A stretch of 64,000 nucleotides of DNA from Nemertoderma westbladi (lineage: Eukaryota > Animalia > Xenacoelomorpha): the NCBI GenBank assembly GCA_032718475.1, contig JAUCBJ010004074.1, forward strand, positions 1 through 64,000, in the 5' to 3' direction. The notes under the pieces are model-generated. The model was not told the origin of the DNA, ran no database searches, and saw only the letters and a program-made list of their open reading frames with translations. The position numbers were made by a program, and so were the translations under genes. Below are positions 39,066-52,000 of the stretch, one piece after another. Each line of letters opens with the position of its first letter. The first letter of the stretch is position 1.

Positions 39066-39428
39066 ACAATATGATCAGGCTTACACGCCTTCTGTTCAAT
39101 ACTGGCCTACAAATAAATAAAACTGACAGAAATAAGTAAGCTCCAAAAGAAACAAGGGGTGTAGAGTCCCTAATCTCTTAAACAGCCTACCGGTATACAA
39201 TAATCAAATCGAATAATACTAATGTACTTATACAGGAAGTACCGGTTAGGACAGTTAGGCCTACGGACCTACAGAAGTACCGGTTCTGGCAGTTGGACCT
39301 ACGGACCTACGGCAGTACCGGTTCTGGCAGTTGGGCCTACTGACCTACAGATGTACCGTTCAGGTTTACCGGTTGACCGGTACTTTCAACTGTATTGCTT
39401 ACTGCAATAAAGAAGCTATATCCGTTAT

Positions 39429-40594
39429 TGTTTGCGCTTTCAGACCTTTGGCAGTTTAACCCGCCAAATTATGATGTCTTCTAGATAATAAATCACTTTT
39501 AGCCTATGACAAGTATTTAATTCACTACACTAGTCGAAACCAATCTGTGCGCGATCATTCACCCGCTGGATATACCCGGGAGATTGGGTTCGACGGCTTA
39601 ATCTTATTGCTATGTAAGCTTAATGTATTATTCGACTGACAGTATTATATAATCTATGACAATATTATTCACCTTCGGGGAATATTAACAGTTCCTTTAG
39701 GACGTGGCGCTCTATCTATATAAACAGAGTTATGACTTAAACTACTCACAACGATATGGCTTAGTTATAATTCACATATATGGCGCATTCTTTAGGAAAT
39801 GCTTCGTTATCAGTCTCACTCATACACAATGCTGCACAATACTGCACACTGATCTGCCGATCTTCACTGATTTTAGTTATATATAAAAGGAACACGGACC
39901 GACTCATGTAGGGTCTATCAAATAACATTAGATTCACTTCAAACCACTTTAACATAAGTCACAATCGTTATATGTAACCTTTCTCTCTTACCTTCGGTAT
40001 ATCAAGAATATTGGGTTTCGGGGTTATTTATCGTTATTCCAAATATAATAATTCATCAACCATATTATGAAGAACTGACAGTAAATAGCAGTATAACAAT
40101 AGAAAGACCAAACATCAGTTTGATAAATCAGTTTGGTTTGTTTTGATAACGGATATATGTCCTTATAATTAAGCCTACTAGTGTTAGACTAAAACAGAAA
40201 AGCACAAAATATTTCCAAGCCGTTCTCTCCTGGCTCAGGACAGAAAGACCAACAACACTAAAAACTGATAAGAATAACCTTATTTACAAAATCTTCCACC
40301 CACCACAGAGAATGAGCATACAGATAGGAAAATTCAGTTCAGTAGATCTGTGATAGGTCGAAATCAAAACCAACTCAAATCCTATTGGCAGATACAGAAA
40401 GCAGGGCTGTGGGGCAACCTTCCCAAGCTGGTTGGACGATCAAACGTAGCCCAGATCCCTTCGCACAGCAAATCAGCCAATCAGCCGGTAGCTTGCACTA
40501 TTCGAGTTATAGATCCCTTTTTAGAGTATTCCAGCGCCTGGGGGGAACTGGTTAGCAAGGCAAACGAATCAGTTATCCCACAAAAGCTTTTACA
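39429..40594 (-). repeat. 5' LTR of copy A
   Basis: Minus-strand TGTAAAAGCTTTTG...GAAAGCGCAAACA, 1166 bp. Confidence 0.95.
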
Positions 40595-42285
40595 CGCAGG
40601 ATAAATAATCTCAGATGTTTGGAAGTAAGACGCAAACTACGAAGATACGCAGTCTTTGAAGTCTTACATCAGTACGAACAACACCAGACAGACCGGGTAA
40701 CGATCAAACCATACTGGGATAAGGACATCCGACAAGTGGGAGCCTAGACATAGCCCGGTCTCAGTCTTATTACAAGGCGGGGATGAATTCCCCAGGATGT
40801 AAAATTTAATGTAAAACTAACAAAGAAGAAATCCCGAACAAACGATTTTCTTTGCAATAAATGGCTCTCAGAACTCCAGACTTACAGTATAACTGTATAT
40901 AGGCTGTATATGCAGTACATGAAAGCTTGGTTAACATATCATTGCTTTCGCCGTGAGGACCAGCCTGCGCACAATCTTGAGGTTTAGCAGCCTCATAGAG
41001 AAAATAAGCATGGTGGACGGCCCACTTTCGGAAGACGTCTCCTAAATGACACTGGCCTTGAAGATTCGGATAATCTCGCGAAATGTCATTGCAAGCCGGC
41101 ATAGCATTCTTAAATAATGTACGTATTCTTAATATATTTTGCGATACGTTTTGTATTTTCATTTTCTATTTATGATAATTGGCAATTTTGTAAAAAATAA
41201 TTCAAAATTAAAAAAAAATGAAAAACCCATGTTTCTTCAAATTTTTCATTAAAAAATGGGGAAATATTATGAAATCAAGAAATCTAGTCAAAATTTATTG
41301 AAGCTTGTGAAATTACCTTTCATATAAATAAAAAATTGCAAAAAACGGTTAACGGGTTTTATCTCCCCTACGGTGTTATCTTATTTTGTACATGTCTCCA
41401 ATGTGGTTGAAAAATGCATAGAGAAACGATACCATAGGAAAGGGGATCATCAAAGTACATAAAAATTTGAAAAAATAATATTTTTTGGAGCCCCCTAGCG
41501 GCCTTTGTATGATTTAAAAAATTTCACTAAAAAGACTACTTCTCCGTTATTTTCCATTTTTATTTTTCGATACCACATTTTAGGAATTTTGGGGCGGGGG
41601 GCGCCGGCGGGGGGCGCCGGCGGGGGGCTTGGAGGCTACCCCTCTAGGTGCAATAAAAAACAAATTTCTGTAATTATTAACGAGGCGGGATATTTTCGCA
41701 CTTGATCAGATCATTAATAAATATACATCTCTCTCCAGGGGAAACTCGACGCAACAGTTAATTGCTCTCAAAAATAAAACCTCTAACCTGTTCTAATGAG
41801 TTTCATTTATTGTTATAGTTAGAATATAGTGCCACTAATAACCTGCTCCTCTCCCTAAATAGAGAATTTAACTTAATTAATTTAAATATATTAATTCACC
41901 GATTGGATTTGTGTACAGTTGTTGTCCTCCATCTCTAATAATCGGTATTGATCGAGTGTCTGCCAATGTTTGTCTCAACTCAGTCTGTCAGTAGGACTCA
42001 TCTCAAAACTATCCACAGTTGTTAGACCTACAGTGTTAGACCTACAGGTATTACTGTATTAGGCTACCTGCAAGGACTACTATTATAGTAGTCCTTGGCT
42101 ACCTGCCATACCTGCCTACCGCAGTACAGCAGTACCGGTACTGAAGAAATACTGAAATATACTGCAGTACAGACTGTACTACACCACACCACAACTACTG
42201 AACTACCGCAGTACCGTTCTGCCGTTACCGGTACCAAACAACCAGACTTCATTCATTCACATTCTGACATTGCAGCATTGCAGCA

Positions 42286-44147
42286 ATGGACCCAGAGCAA
42301 CTGGAACGAGAGTTCGAATGTTCCGTATGTCTACGACTTTTACATCAGCCACGACTTTTGATCAACTGCTCCCACTGTTTCTGTTACAAATGTATCGTAA
42401 AATTTTCTAAACAACGCGGTGATGGATTTTCGTTGGAATGTCCTCGTTGTCGGAATCCCACCGAGGTAGAGAAACTGGATTCTTTGCCGACAGTAAGTCA
42501 TGTCGTCACCATGATTGATATGATTCGAAAAGAAAAAACATGCGACGAGTGCAGAAAAAACAAAGGAACGAATCCCTGCGAACGTTGCGATACCGAATTG
42601 TGCAGAAAGTGCGAACCTTACCACGTCTGTGACGTCAATCCACCTAATTCGGGAGCAGCTGGAGATCCGACGGGATGCTGGTCTAATGACGTAGATCTCG
42701 ATAAACAAGGAGCTGTTGGTGGATCTAAAGAACCGGATCCCGAACTGTGCCTAACCCACGGTCTAAACAAACGCCATTATTGCGAGAAATGCGAATGTAC
42801 TGTTTGTCGCCAATGTCATTCCGTTGACGGTGTTTCTAAAGATCACGAGGTCGGGTATACGAACAAAGTCTGTAATTCAATCAGACGAAACTTAGTAGAA
42901 GGTCCGGGAAAGTTGAGATCACGATTGGAGACTAAACTATCGGTGTTGGAAGGAATTCTGGGGGATTTAGACGACGTCACTAAAGTTTCCACTGACGACA
43001 TCCGCAAACACTTCCAATATTTATACAACGAATTAAAAGCAGCCGAAGATACAATGATGAAGCAGGTCCGGGATTTAAAAACCAAAACGGCGGGAAAAAT
43101 ATCAGCAGCGCAGGAAATTCTCGCTAATATCGAAATTCCTGAAGAAAACGAATATTATAAGAAGATAAAGAATTCCGAGTTGATCAAAGAAATAGCGGAA
43201 GCCAAGAAGATCCTAAAGAAATACAAAGAAATCGAGCAGCGGATTTCTGAGATCGAAGTTGTAGAGGTACCGGAAATTCGTTTCGTTCCGGTTGAGTTAC
43301 AGAAGGACCTGGAAGGGATTACTGGCCGCGTCGATATTATAGAAACGATTCCCTAACTAACAGGATTTATATTTACGAATTCAACGACGACGATTCTTTA
43401 TCTTTACGTGGTCAACCTATTATTCTCGAATCCGACTGCAACGCCGAAAAGAAACAGATTAAGTTTCTAGATAATTACTACAAGGACCCCTGGATCGCTA
43501 ATAATCACTACGGGGCAACCTGGATCGCCGCAACGGAAGAATGTGTATTTGTAATAAACCCAGACGGAGGGGATGTCAAACATTTGTGTCTTGGTAAAGA
43601 GAGATACCGCGGTCAACCAATAGGCCCAATGGTCGGTATCTATGGTGATTATCTGCTAACGTCAAACAACTGCGTGATTAAACTGGACCGACGCGATTGT
43701 TCTAAGGAATGGATATCCCGTATCGAAGAACCTGGGAAACTCCTTCCCAGCGATAGCTGTAGTTTTCCACTGGGCCATTTAACCGTCGGATTATTCCAAC
43801 CTAACGAACATAAGTTATCCATATGTATCTATCCCGTTACCGGCACCGGACCCAACGTTACTCTCGTATTGGATAGAAGGATATCCGTTCTTGATTGCGG
43901 TAAATCCATCCCTATTGGGGCGATGGAACTACTGGATTATCCATCATGGCATTACTTAGTTCCTCTAGAAGAAGAAGGGAATCATTATCTGGGGATTTAT
44001 AAATACGTTCCAAGCGGAACTAAAGTATCCCGATTGGGTGCCGTGCCAGTAAACGGGTTCGGTGGGATGGCTGTTGTGAATAATAATAAAGGATTCATTC
44101 TGTACGAAACTCGTAGTAACAGTTTACTTTATATTAAATCTAACTAA
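42286..44147 (+). pseudogene. TRIM/RBCC gene copy 2, frameshifted by a ~190-bp deletion but retaining the C-terminus
   Basis: ORF 42286-43356 matches copy 1 up to GRVDII. The DNA then skips ~5238-5429 of copy 1. ORF 43584-44147 resumes the same protein and extends ~105 aa beyond copy 1. Confidence 0.88.
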
Positions 44148-45256
44148 ATCAGCTACACCTATCGATAAATTGAGTTTTAACTCGCTAACTATATATAACT
44201 GTTTACTTAACTCTTTCTTTCATTTAATACAGGCTCCAGTCTATGGCCCCGTATTTTATATATAACTGAGCTACCCCACATAGATATTTAGTAAAGATAT
44301 GAGAAATTATAAAAAATGTTCACCAAACGGTTCCGCTGGTTTTTTAGAGGGTCTTAAACATAGCAACGGAGGAAATCCCCATAGCAACAGCTCTTATAGT
44401 AGATATGACGAGTTACAACTAAACATAATAACAAAATAAATAACAAAATTATTATTTTGGATACGAAGAATTTAATGACATATTTCGTTTTTTGAAAATA
44501 CCATAGCAACCAAGTGAAAACGACCTTCAATATTAGCTGTATTGATAATGTCCTTAGCAACGGGCTTTAAACGGGTGTAAAGCATATGTAGTGGTCGTAG
44601 AGTTATGGAATCAGAGTCTACCACCAATATATCGAGTATAAGGAACAATATGCACTACTTTTCAGTTTCTAGTTGCCATGGCAACGGGTAACTTTGACTA
44701 GAAACTGGCTATATATTAGCCGTAGCGTCATTAAATAAACCTCCACCCCCCACTATATCGAGTATAAGGAAAAATATGCAATATGTTTCAGTTTCTAGAT
44801 GCCATGGTAACTCGTCAGAATTGTTAACAAAGTGTTTTTTATATCACTTGGCTGGTTTCACTACTTATAAGAGCGCATTTTGAAAGATAACTGAGATTTA
44901 CATGTTACGTATATTTAGAGATTTACATTTGTCATCACTTTATGCCCTATAACCATCTTACATAAATGAAATTACATTGTTTTAAGAATCGCAATTACGA
45001 CAGTAACCAGTGCACATAAACACCGTTAGGTCTACAAGAACAGTGCGCACACCAGCCGCTAGGGGGCTACATATGTAAACATTAAATGTTCTTCCATTTC
45101 TTTGCTTTTATTCCGTTCAAGGTAAAACTTAGCATTTATGTACCATCAGCTGTATATTTCAAGGTAGGCTAATCCCTATGCAGTTCTCAAGTCTACCGCT
45201 AGAGGGCGAAATATCTAATAGTGAAATCATTCTCATATTGTTTTAGTTATATATAA

Positions 45257-45852
45257 AGGGTGAGTGAGGGAGACTTAAACAAGATGCCACTTCGTCAGAA
45301 AGCGGCACATATCAATAGAATTTGAAGAAAACAATTAATATGTGCTTGGATTGAAAATTATACAAGATATTCATTAATAAAATGTACCTTCACGCGTTAA
45401 ATTTTAATGCGGTTCTAATGAACTATTATTTATTCAGTTCTTGTTGGTATTTTGTTGGTCTAAATTTGTATAAAGTTTTGGATAATAATTTAACAATTTA
45501 ACATTCGCATTTTTTGAAATTTTTCTGCTCTACTAGAAAATAGACATGTTGAACATGTAATTATTACACTTCTTCAGCATTTTTGAACGAATTTACAAGT
45601 ATGTGAGGTGGGGTTCAAGTTTCCCACCCTAGGTGTCAAGTCTCCCCCCATTGAGGGAGACTTGACGCTTTTTCGAAAATACGAATAATTGGTTTAATTA
45701 AGAAAGTTTAAGAGTTGAAATTCTCAAACTCTGACATAATGATAGCAATCATAAATGTAATGTGAAAAAGTTAAAACGGCATTGAGAAATTAATTTATCT
45801 GTTCTTTAGAGCGATTATAACTTTTGGGGTTCAAGTCTCCCTCACTCACCCT
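45257..45852. mobile_element. ~600-bp MITE
   Basis: Inverted termini AGGGTGAGTGAGGGAGACTT(A/G)AAC; internal copies of CAAGTCTCCC at ~45620-45665; TA-rich flanks. Confidence 0.7.
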
Positions 45853-46860
45853 ACTATGTGAGATATGTACTAAAACACAGTCTGTGTCTTTGTGGGGTCG
45901 GTAAACGATCTGCAGTTCTCCAGTCTGCCGCTAGAGGGCTAGATATCTGAAAATGATAAGCTTCCCCATTTCGTTGATGTTAATCCGTTTAAGCTGATTC
46001 TTGGCTTGACAAATATGTACTAGACTACAAGTTGCGACTTTATGAGGAGGTTGATCGGCCAGCAGTTCTTCAGTCAACTGTCACTGTCAACAATTCTGAC
46101 GAGTTGCCAAGGCATATAGAAACTAAAACATATTGCATATAGCGATTAATATAAATGTAAATTGAGTTTATTGCGAGTAAATATTCAAATATTATAATAT
46201 ATTTCGAACCGACTGGCGACGCTTCATCAGATACAAGTTATAACGAATAAAAAGGAATACAAAACTACAAAATTGTGGTAAAATACAGAGATAGGATTAC
46301 CGGTATTTCTGTACGAAACTCGTAGTAACAGTTTACTTTGTATTAACTTCTTATTAATTCTTCTTTTTAAATGTATTAATTTCTTATTAACTTGTTATTT
46401 ATTACCTTCATGTTAGATAATTTATTAATAATCAATAGTCAACTTATAAATTATTATTTTCGCGCAACATTAAAGAAATTTACCTTCTTACTTTTGTAAT
46501 TTTAATCGCATTATGATAGAGTGATATTTTTATTTCCGTGTTCTACTGTATATTTATTTTTATCTTTTGTAATATACAGTATGTAAATATTTATACTGTA
46601 TATTTTTATCTGCGCTATCGTTAGATTCAATCTGATATTTTTATTTCAGTGTTCTACTGTAAATTTATTGATCTGTTTTATATATGAATTTATCTGTTAT
46701 AATTCTAGTTATTTTATTTTACTGTTCTACTGTATGTTTCTTTCATCAGCACTACTGTTCTTTACTTGATTATTTAAATTACTATTTAATACGTTATTTT
46801 TATTTTTCTGGTTTCTGTAGGCCTATGTTTTTATCAGCCCTATCTGTACACTATTATATA

Positions 46861-47032
46861 CTGTGGGGCGAGCCACGAAGCGATTGAGCCTTAGCGTAGT
46901 GGTACCATTAATCAACCTGTGGGGCGAGCCACGAAGTGAGTGAGCCTTAGCGTAGTGGTGCCATTAATCAACCTGTGGGGCGAGCCACGAAGTGAGTGAG
47001 CCTTAGCGTAGTGGTACCATTAATCAACCTGT
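46861..47032. repeat. 56-bp tandem repeat, 3 copies
   Basis: CTGTGGGGCGAGCCACGAAG...CATTAATCAAC at 46861, 46917 and 46973. Confidence 0.9.
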
Positions 47033-47459
47033 CGTTCTGTCGCGTTTTTTTTCAGTATTTTATTTTAAACGTTAATAACTCGGCCAATCCTTGATGAAAT
47101 CTATCCAAACTTGGTACACATGTTGTTTGGCAAAAGTTTGAAAATTTTCCAAGTATAATTTGCGTGGGGCCTTCGTGCAGCATCAGTGTAACTGTTATTG
47201 CAGTAATAATACATTTGTTTTTCCAAATTTAAAATGCGTTAAATTATTATTACTGTAGGATAAATCAGCTGGGTTTTCTGACAAATTTTGCAATTCTGCA
47301 TGTAGGCCTACCATGTGTACCGGTACTGTCAGGCTGTACTCAATCCCTGAATCGAGAATCCTGCAAAGCTATATACTGTTAGTATATTGCTGTATTGGGG
47401 TGGGGTTAGGAATAATCCATTTGTTTTAGCATTGAACTGTTGAATCCCCTTATTTATTA

Positions 47460-47965
47460 TAAAACCATTGGAAATATTCGCAAATGCCGCTCCATTACTG
47501 TCTGAAACGCTCCCGACAGTCCGATGTATCTGGACCCGAGCAGCCGAGTTGCTTCAAGAGGTGATTAACGGGGGAATACTACGGAATTGCTTGTTTGTCA
47601 GTACCTACGATTCTATTTGGGTATTTACTACACTCAGACACTGGGAATACGACGGTCAGTCAGATCGTAATGCGGGCCACTGCCAAGTTCCTCATGCCTC
47701 ACTCCGGTCACCCACCGTGGAGTGCGGTGGGAAGAGTCCAACTTACGTCGACGACTGGACGAATCGACGAGGATTGCGATCTGGGTTTAGCGGCGGCCCG
47801 GATCCTGGGATCGCCTGGGGGAAATGGTTGAACGTTGGGCAGACGTTATCGCACTGGATTACGTTCTCTGTGACGCGAAAGTGTGAAGCGAATTCGTTGT
47901 CGAATTGGGTCGGAAGCTGCGGGAATTCTACTGTTCTACGGGAGTAAACCGCAGCCCCAGTAAAA
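47460..47965 (+). pseudogene. Aldehyde dehydrogenase family 3 fragment, second copy
   Basis: IVMRATAKFL.., ECGGKSPTYVD, DCDLGLAAARI and [12 protein letters not shown] across frames; inverted homologue of 12050-12600. Confidence 0.8.
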
Positions 47966-49000
47966 AATCCCCATGCGTAACGCATTCGTAGTTAACATTC
48001 GTAATTAACTTCTAGGTAGGAACACTCCGTGAAACATAACGTAGTACTTATAGCGATACGGCTATAAGTCGTCAGACGGTGGTATTTTTCCTATCTGGAC
48101 AACGCAATATATTTACTACTGCGTATTATTTTCAAATACCGTAGTATCCTGTCCGTTGTAATAACTAGATATTCTAACCCTTTGTTAGGCTGGTTTGTAG
48201 ACTTCTTGTAAAATTACCCTAAAAAATTCGTACTTGTAATTTTTGTGTTTATTTAGAGATTGTAATCTCACCCCGCAATTGTACGTAATTTGTAGTAATA
48301 AGTAACTTAGGCAAGTAGAATTATTTGTTTTAGTGTCCAACAAGTAGCACTCCACTGAGAGCGTACAGCTTCTGTGTAGTGACTCCTTCCCAGAAATAAT
48401 AACATTTATTTCAAATATTGTGACAAAAACCCATTATACGGGTATATATATTATAAATCAACTCAAACCGATTTATAAAATAGTAGGCCTGTCATACAAC
48501 AATTAGGTCTTAATATCAGTTGGACTACTGCTTAAATAACGGTAATAAAGTCAAGTAAAGTAACTAAGTAACCCTTAAAAATTCAGAAATTCAATTATTC
48601 TAAAATAATTGATATACCGGTATTTACAATAGGCTTATTATATTTATTTCTATAAATTTGAGCTGAAATTATATACCGGTATTCTGTAATTAATTCTAGT
48701 CTATACTTATACTTATATATACTATAAGTGTAAGCTGTATACCGGTATTCACGATAGGCTTATTATATATCTATATATTTGTGCTGAAATTATATACCGG
48801 TATTCTGTGACAAACCTAGTCTGTAATAATACTTATATATATACTATAAGTGTATTCCGGTATTCTAACATATTGTATATATATCACGTTACACTGAGTA
48901 ACGATATCGGTAATTAATTACTAGGCTAATAGTTGATACTGAATTATTAGACTTGCTTTAACTGTAATATAGCAGTGGGCATTCAACTGTACAAATAAAC

Positions 49001-52000
49001 ATGTCTGATACAAAGCAAAACCTGTCAGACAGTCTCTTAGATACAACCATCTGTGACCCAGACAGGAGTGTGGAAAGTGTGAGACCGAAGTTCAACTCAC
49101 CTCCTACTGTAAGAAAGATCATCCCTCCAGTAGTAGTATCAGACCCTAGGCTAGTCCAACACCGTAGGTCTATCATAGGCACTCGGGCTCAAGTCAAGCG
49201 GGACCAAGTAGCAGCTGTTAAACAGCAGCAACACTCGAGCCGAGAACTTATTTCTCAGCGGCCCGACAGCTCCAGTAGTTCGGATACTGTAGAGCTTACA
49301 CCCGAGTGCGGAGCAAAGATGGCAGATGCGGTTTATTCGGATCCCCTTCTCATCCTTCCTGCAGCCGTACTCACTAGGGTATTGATTGCGGTGGAGGAAC
49401 ACCAAATTGATTGGGCGAGAAGTAAGCGATCAACCAAGGACAGTTATGCGGGATACACCAAGGAGGAACAGAAGTCTATTGTCGAGTCGCAATGGAACTT
49501 CCCCGGACCCGGACTCCCGTTTGACTTATCGGAAGCTGCCTGGGAAGACATATACAGGATGGGAGTGACAAAAGACACTAGTGATCCAGCTGTGTGGAAG
49601 ATGTCAGCAGCAGGGTATGTACAGGGATTCTTCAGCTCTTTGGAGCGATTAGAAGAACAACTGTTTCGACAACCCCAAGGACCTCAAGAGCAGGGAGAGC
49701 TGCTTTATCAAGTTAGAGAAAGAATTCTAAGAATCAGATTAATCCTATCGGCCTTTGAGGAAGCTTCGAAAAGAAGACAAGACACGTCGTTGCAAGTTGC
49801 CGTCAAAACTTGGTTCCAGCGGGTGAGTCTCAGGGTTCAAGGAACGGCCCAGTGGAAATCTCAGCTGGCTGAGCGCCCAATCCATGGAGAATCAACAGAC
49901 GCTACCTTTTCTCAAGTGGAAAGTGAAGCGACAGCAGAGAAACCGCATGAGAGGGACGCTATTGACATCTATCTGTCAGACTATCAACGATTTCTAGGTG
50001 ATGAAGAGTTGAGGAGAAGGCTGGCTGGACTTCGCCCTAATAGTGAAGGAGCCAAGTTTGTGTTGGACGCAATATATGCGGAAATGTTAGCTGTGAACCA
50101 AGCTAAATTTGATGAACGCCTCCGCATCGCTAGGGTCCAAGAATAACAAGTAAGGAAAAAACGTATAGAAGACAGAAAGACAGCAGCAGCGGCAGTGGCA
50201 GCGGCAGAAGCGGAAAGAAAGGCGGTAGAGGCAGCGGCGGAGGCGGAAAGAAAGATGGCAGTGGCAGAAGCAGAACGGAGAGCGTCTGAAGAGACCACCC
50301 AACTAGAGTTGGAAAATATTCAAGAGAATCAAGACTGCATAAATAAACAGTTAACAGCTAGTCAAATGCAGATGATGAGTCGATCTACTCCCAAAAGACA
50401 GGGATTTACATCATCTGATGAAGGCGATACCACCGATCCTGAAGGCGGAGGAAATAGATCTCGTCTAAGTAGGCGTAGAAAAATGTCCCACCGTCAGAAA
50501 TTGCCTAATTTGCCCCCAGCTGTTAGAAGGCAACTAACTAGCACAGACTTAGGTAGTACAGAACCCACAGACCAAATTATTAAAATAGAAAGACTCCCTA
50601 CTATAGTAGATGAGCCTGAAATAATTAGGCCTGTTCTCGAAGCCACCCCTTCGGTGATAGAGACACCTGTACTCCCGGAACCTACCTCTAAATTCCCTTT
50701 GCACAGCACTAAACTACCTGTGCCCAACAGAAACGCCTCTGAGACAGTTCCTGTCCTGGACTCCGAGCGAAATATCAACGATTTGTCGCCCGTTGTCCCT
50801 CGTCTACCCGCTACTATGTTGGCGGCTCCCGCTTCGGCGGTCGAGTGGGTGGATGAGGGACGGCGGGAGATGGGTCTCCTGCTCGGGCAGCTGAGGGAAC
50901 ACCGTTTGTGTTCCTCTCAGCAGGTCTGGGAGATGGAAGGGACTGTTCAGCAGTTAAAGGGAACAGTCAGAGAGGGTAGGTTAGAGTTGCAAGAAGTGCA
51001 GCAGAATATTGCGTTAGAACGCGATAAATTGGTAAATATACAAAAGGGTATACCACCACCCCCTGTAACAATGTGTCAACCTGTTAGGTCTGAAGTATTT
51101 CATGCGCAAGGTGTGGAGCCTACACGCATCTATACTGCTAGTGAAGTAGAAACTCCTATAGTAAACCCTATTAAGGGTAATTATAAACCTGTTGACAATG
51201 ATATTCCATATAGACCTGATCATAATCCGAGAAATTTATATACCGATAACTCGATATTAAATAATACGATGGCCGAAGAAAGTTTTACGCGTCAAATGGC
51301 TAGAACCGAAGCCCGTCAAGCGGTAAAGGTGGGAGAGATCGTCAAGTTCAATGGAGATGAGATGAAATGGTTACCTTTTAATGAATATTACAAAGATAAC
51401 ATACAGAACTCTGTGCTATCTAACGGAGAAAAACTTAGATTCCTCAACGAGTGCTTGGAAGGATCTCCCAAGTTAATGGCGTTAAAGTTTATTGGACATC
51501 CAGATGGACTAAGACAAGTCTGGGATACATTAAACATCAGGTATGGTAATAGGAATAACATAGCTAGGTATTTGTATGCAAAATTGGTAGCGCCCCGAAA
51601 GTTCATTAGCAGCGGGATTATAGAGTTTTCCGATGAGATTCAGGAGATCTGTAGACAATTAGATTGGCTAGGTAAGTCTCATGAATATCAGAGTTCTATG
51701 GTTATTGGAGCTGTGGCCTCTACTTTACCAAAGGGTGGAGTAGGTACACGCTGGGACAAGAAAGTGTTATATATGATGGAACAACAACGACGAGACCCTA
51801 CCATGGCTGATCTCATGTCATTCTTGGATGGCGAGGTAAAACTACAGCTCCTAAAGCAGTCCAGAGAGAAGACAACGGAAAATAAGGTAAGTGAGAAACC
51901 CGTTTCTAGGAGAAAGGTAACACCAGTGTGTTATACCGACGACGGCGAAAGCCAGGCTTCTCAAGAAGAAGACAGCGGGAAAGACACTGAAAGATCTTAC

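Larger units (their letters stand above)
17628..40594 (-). mobile_element. Full-length large BEL/Pao LTR retrotransposon, copy A (contains nested element B)
   Basis: 1166-bp LTRs at both ends; 5-bp TSD CGCAG at 17623-17627 and 40595-40599; gag-PR-RT-RH-IN domain order with BEL/Pao signatures. Confidence 0.95.
41254..46560 (+). repeat. Segmental duplicate of 2976-6480
   Basis: Colinear high identity through the upstream region, TRIM gene and downstream region (45990-46560 matches 5900-6470). Confidence 0.9.
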
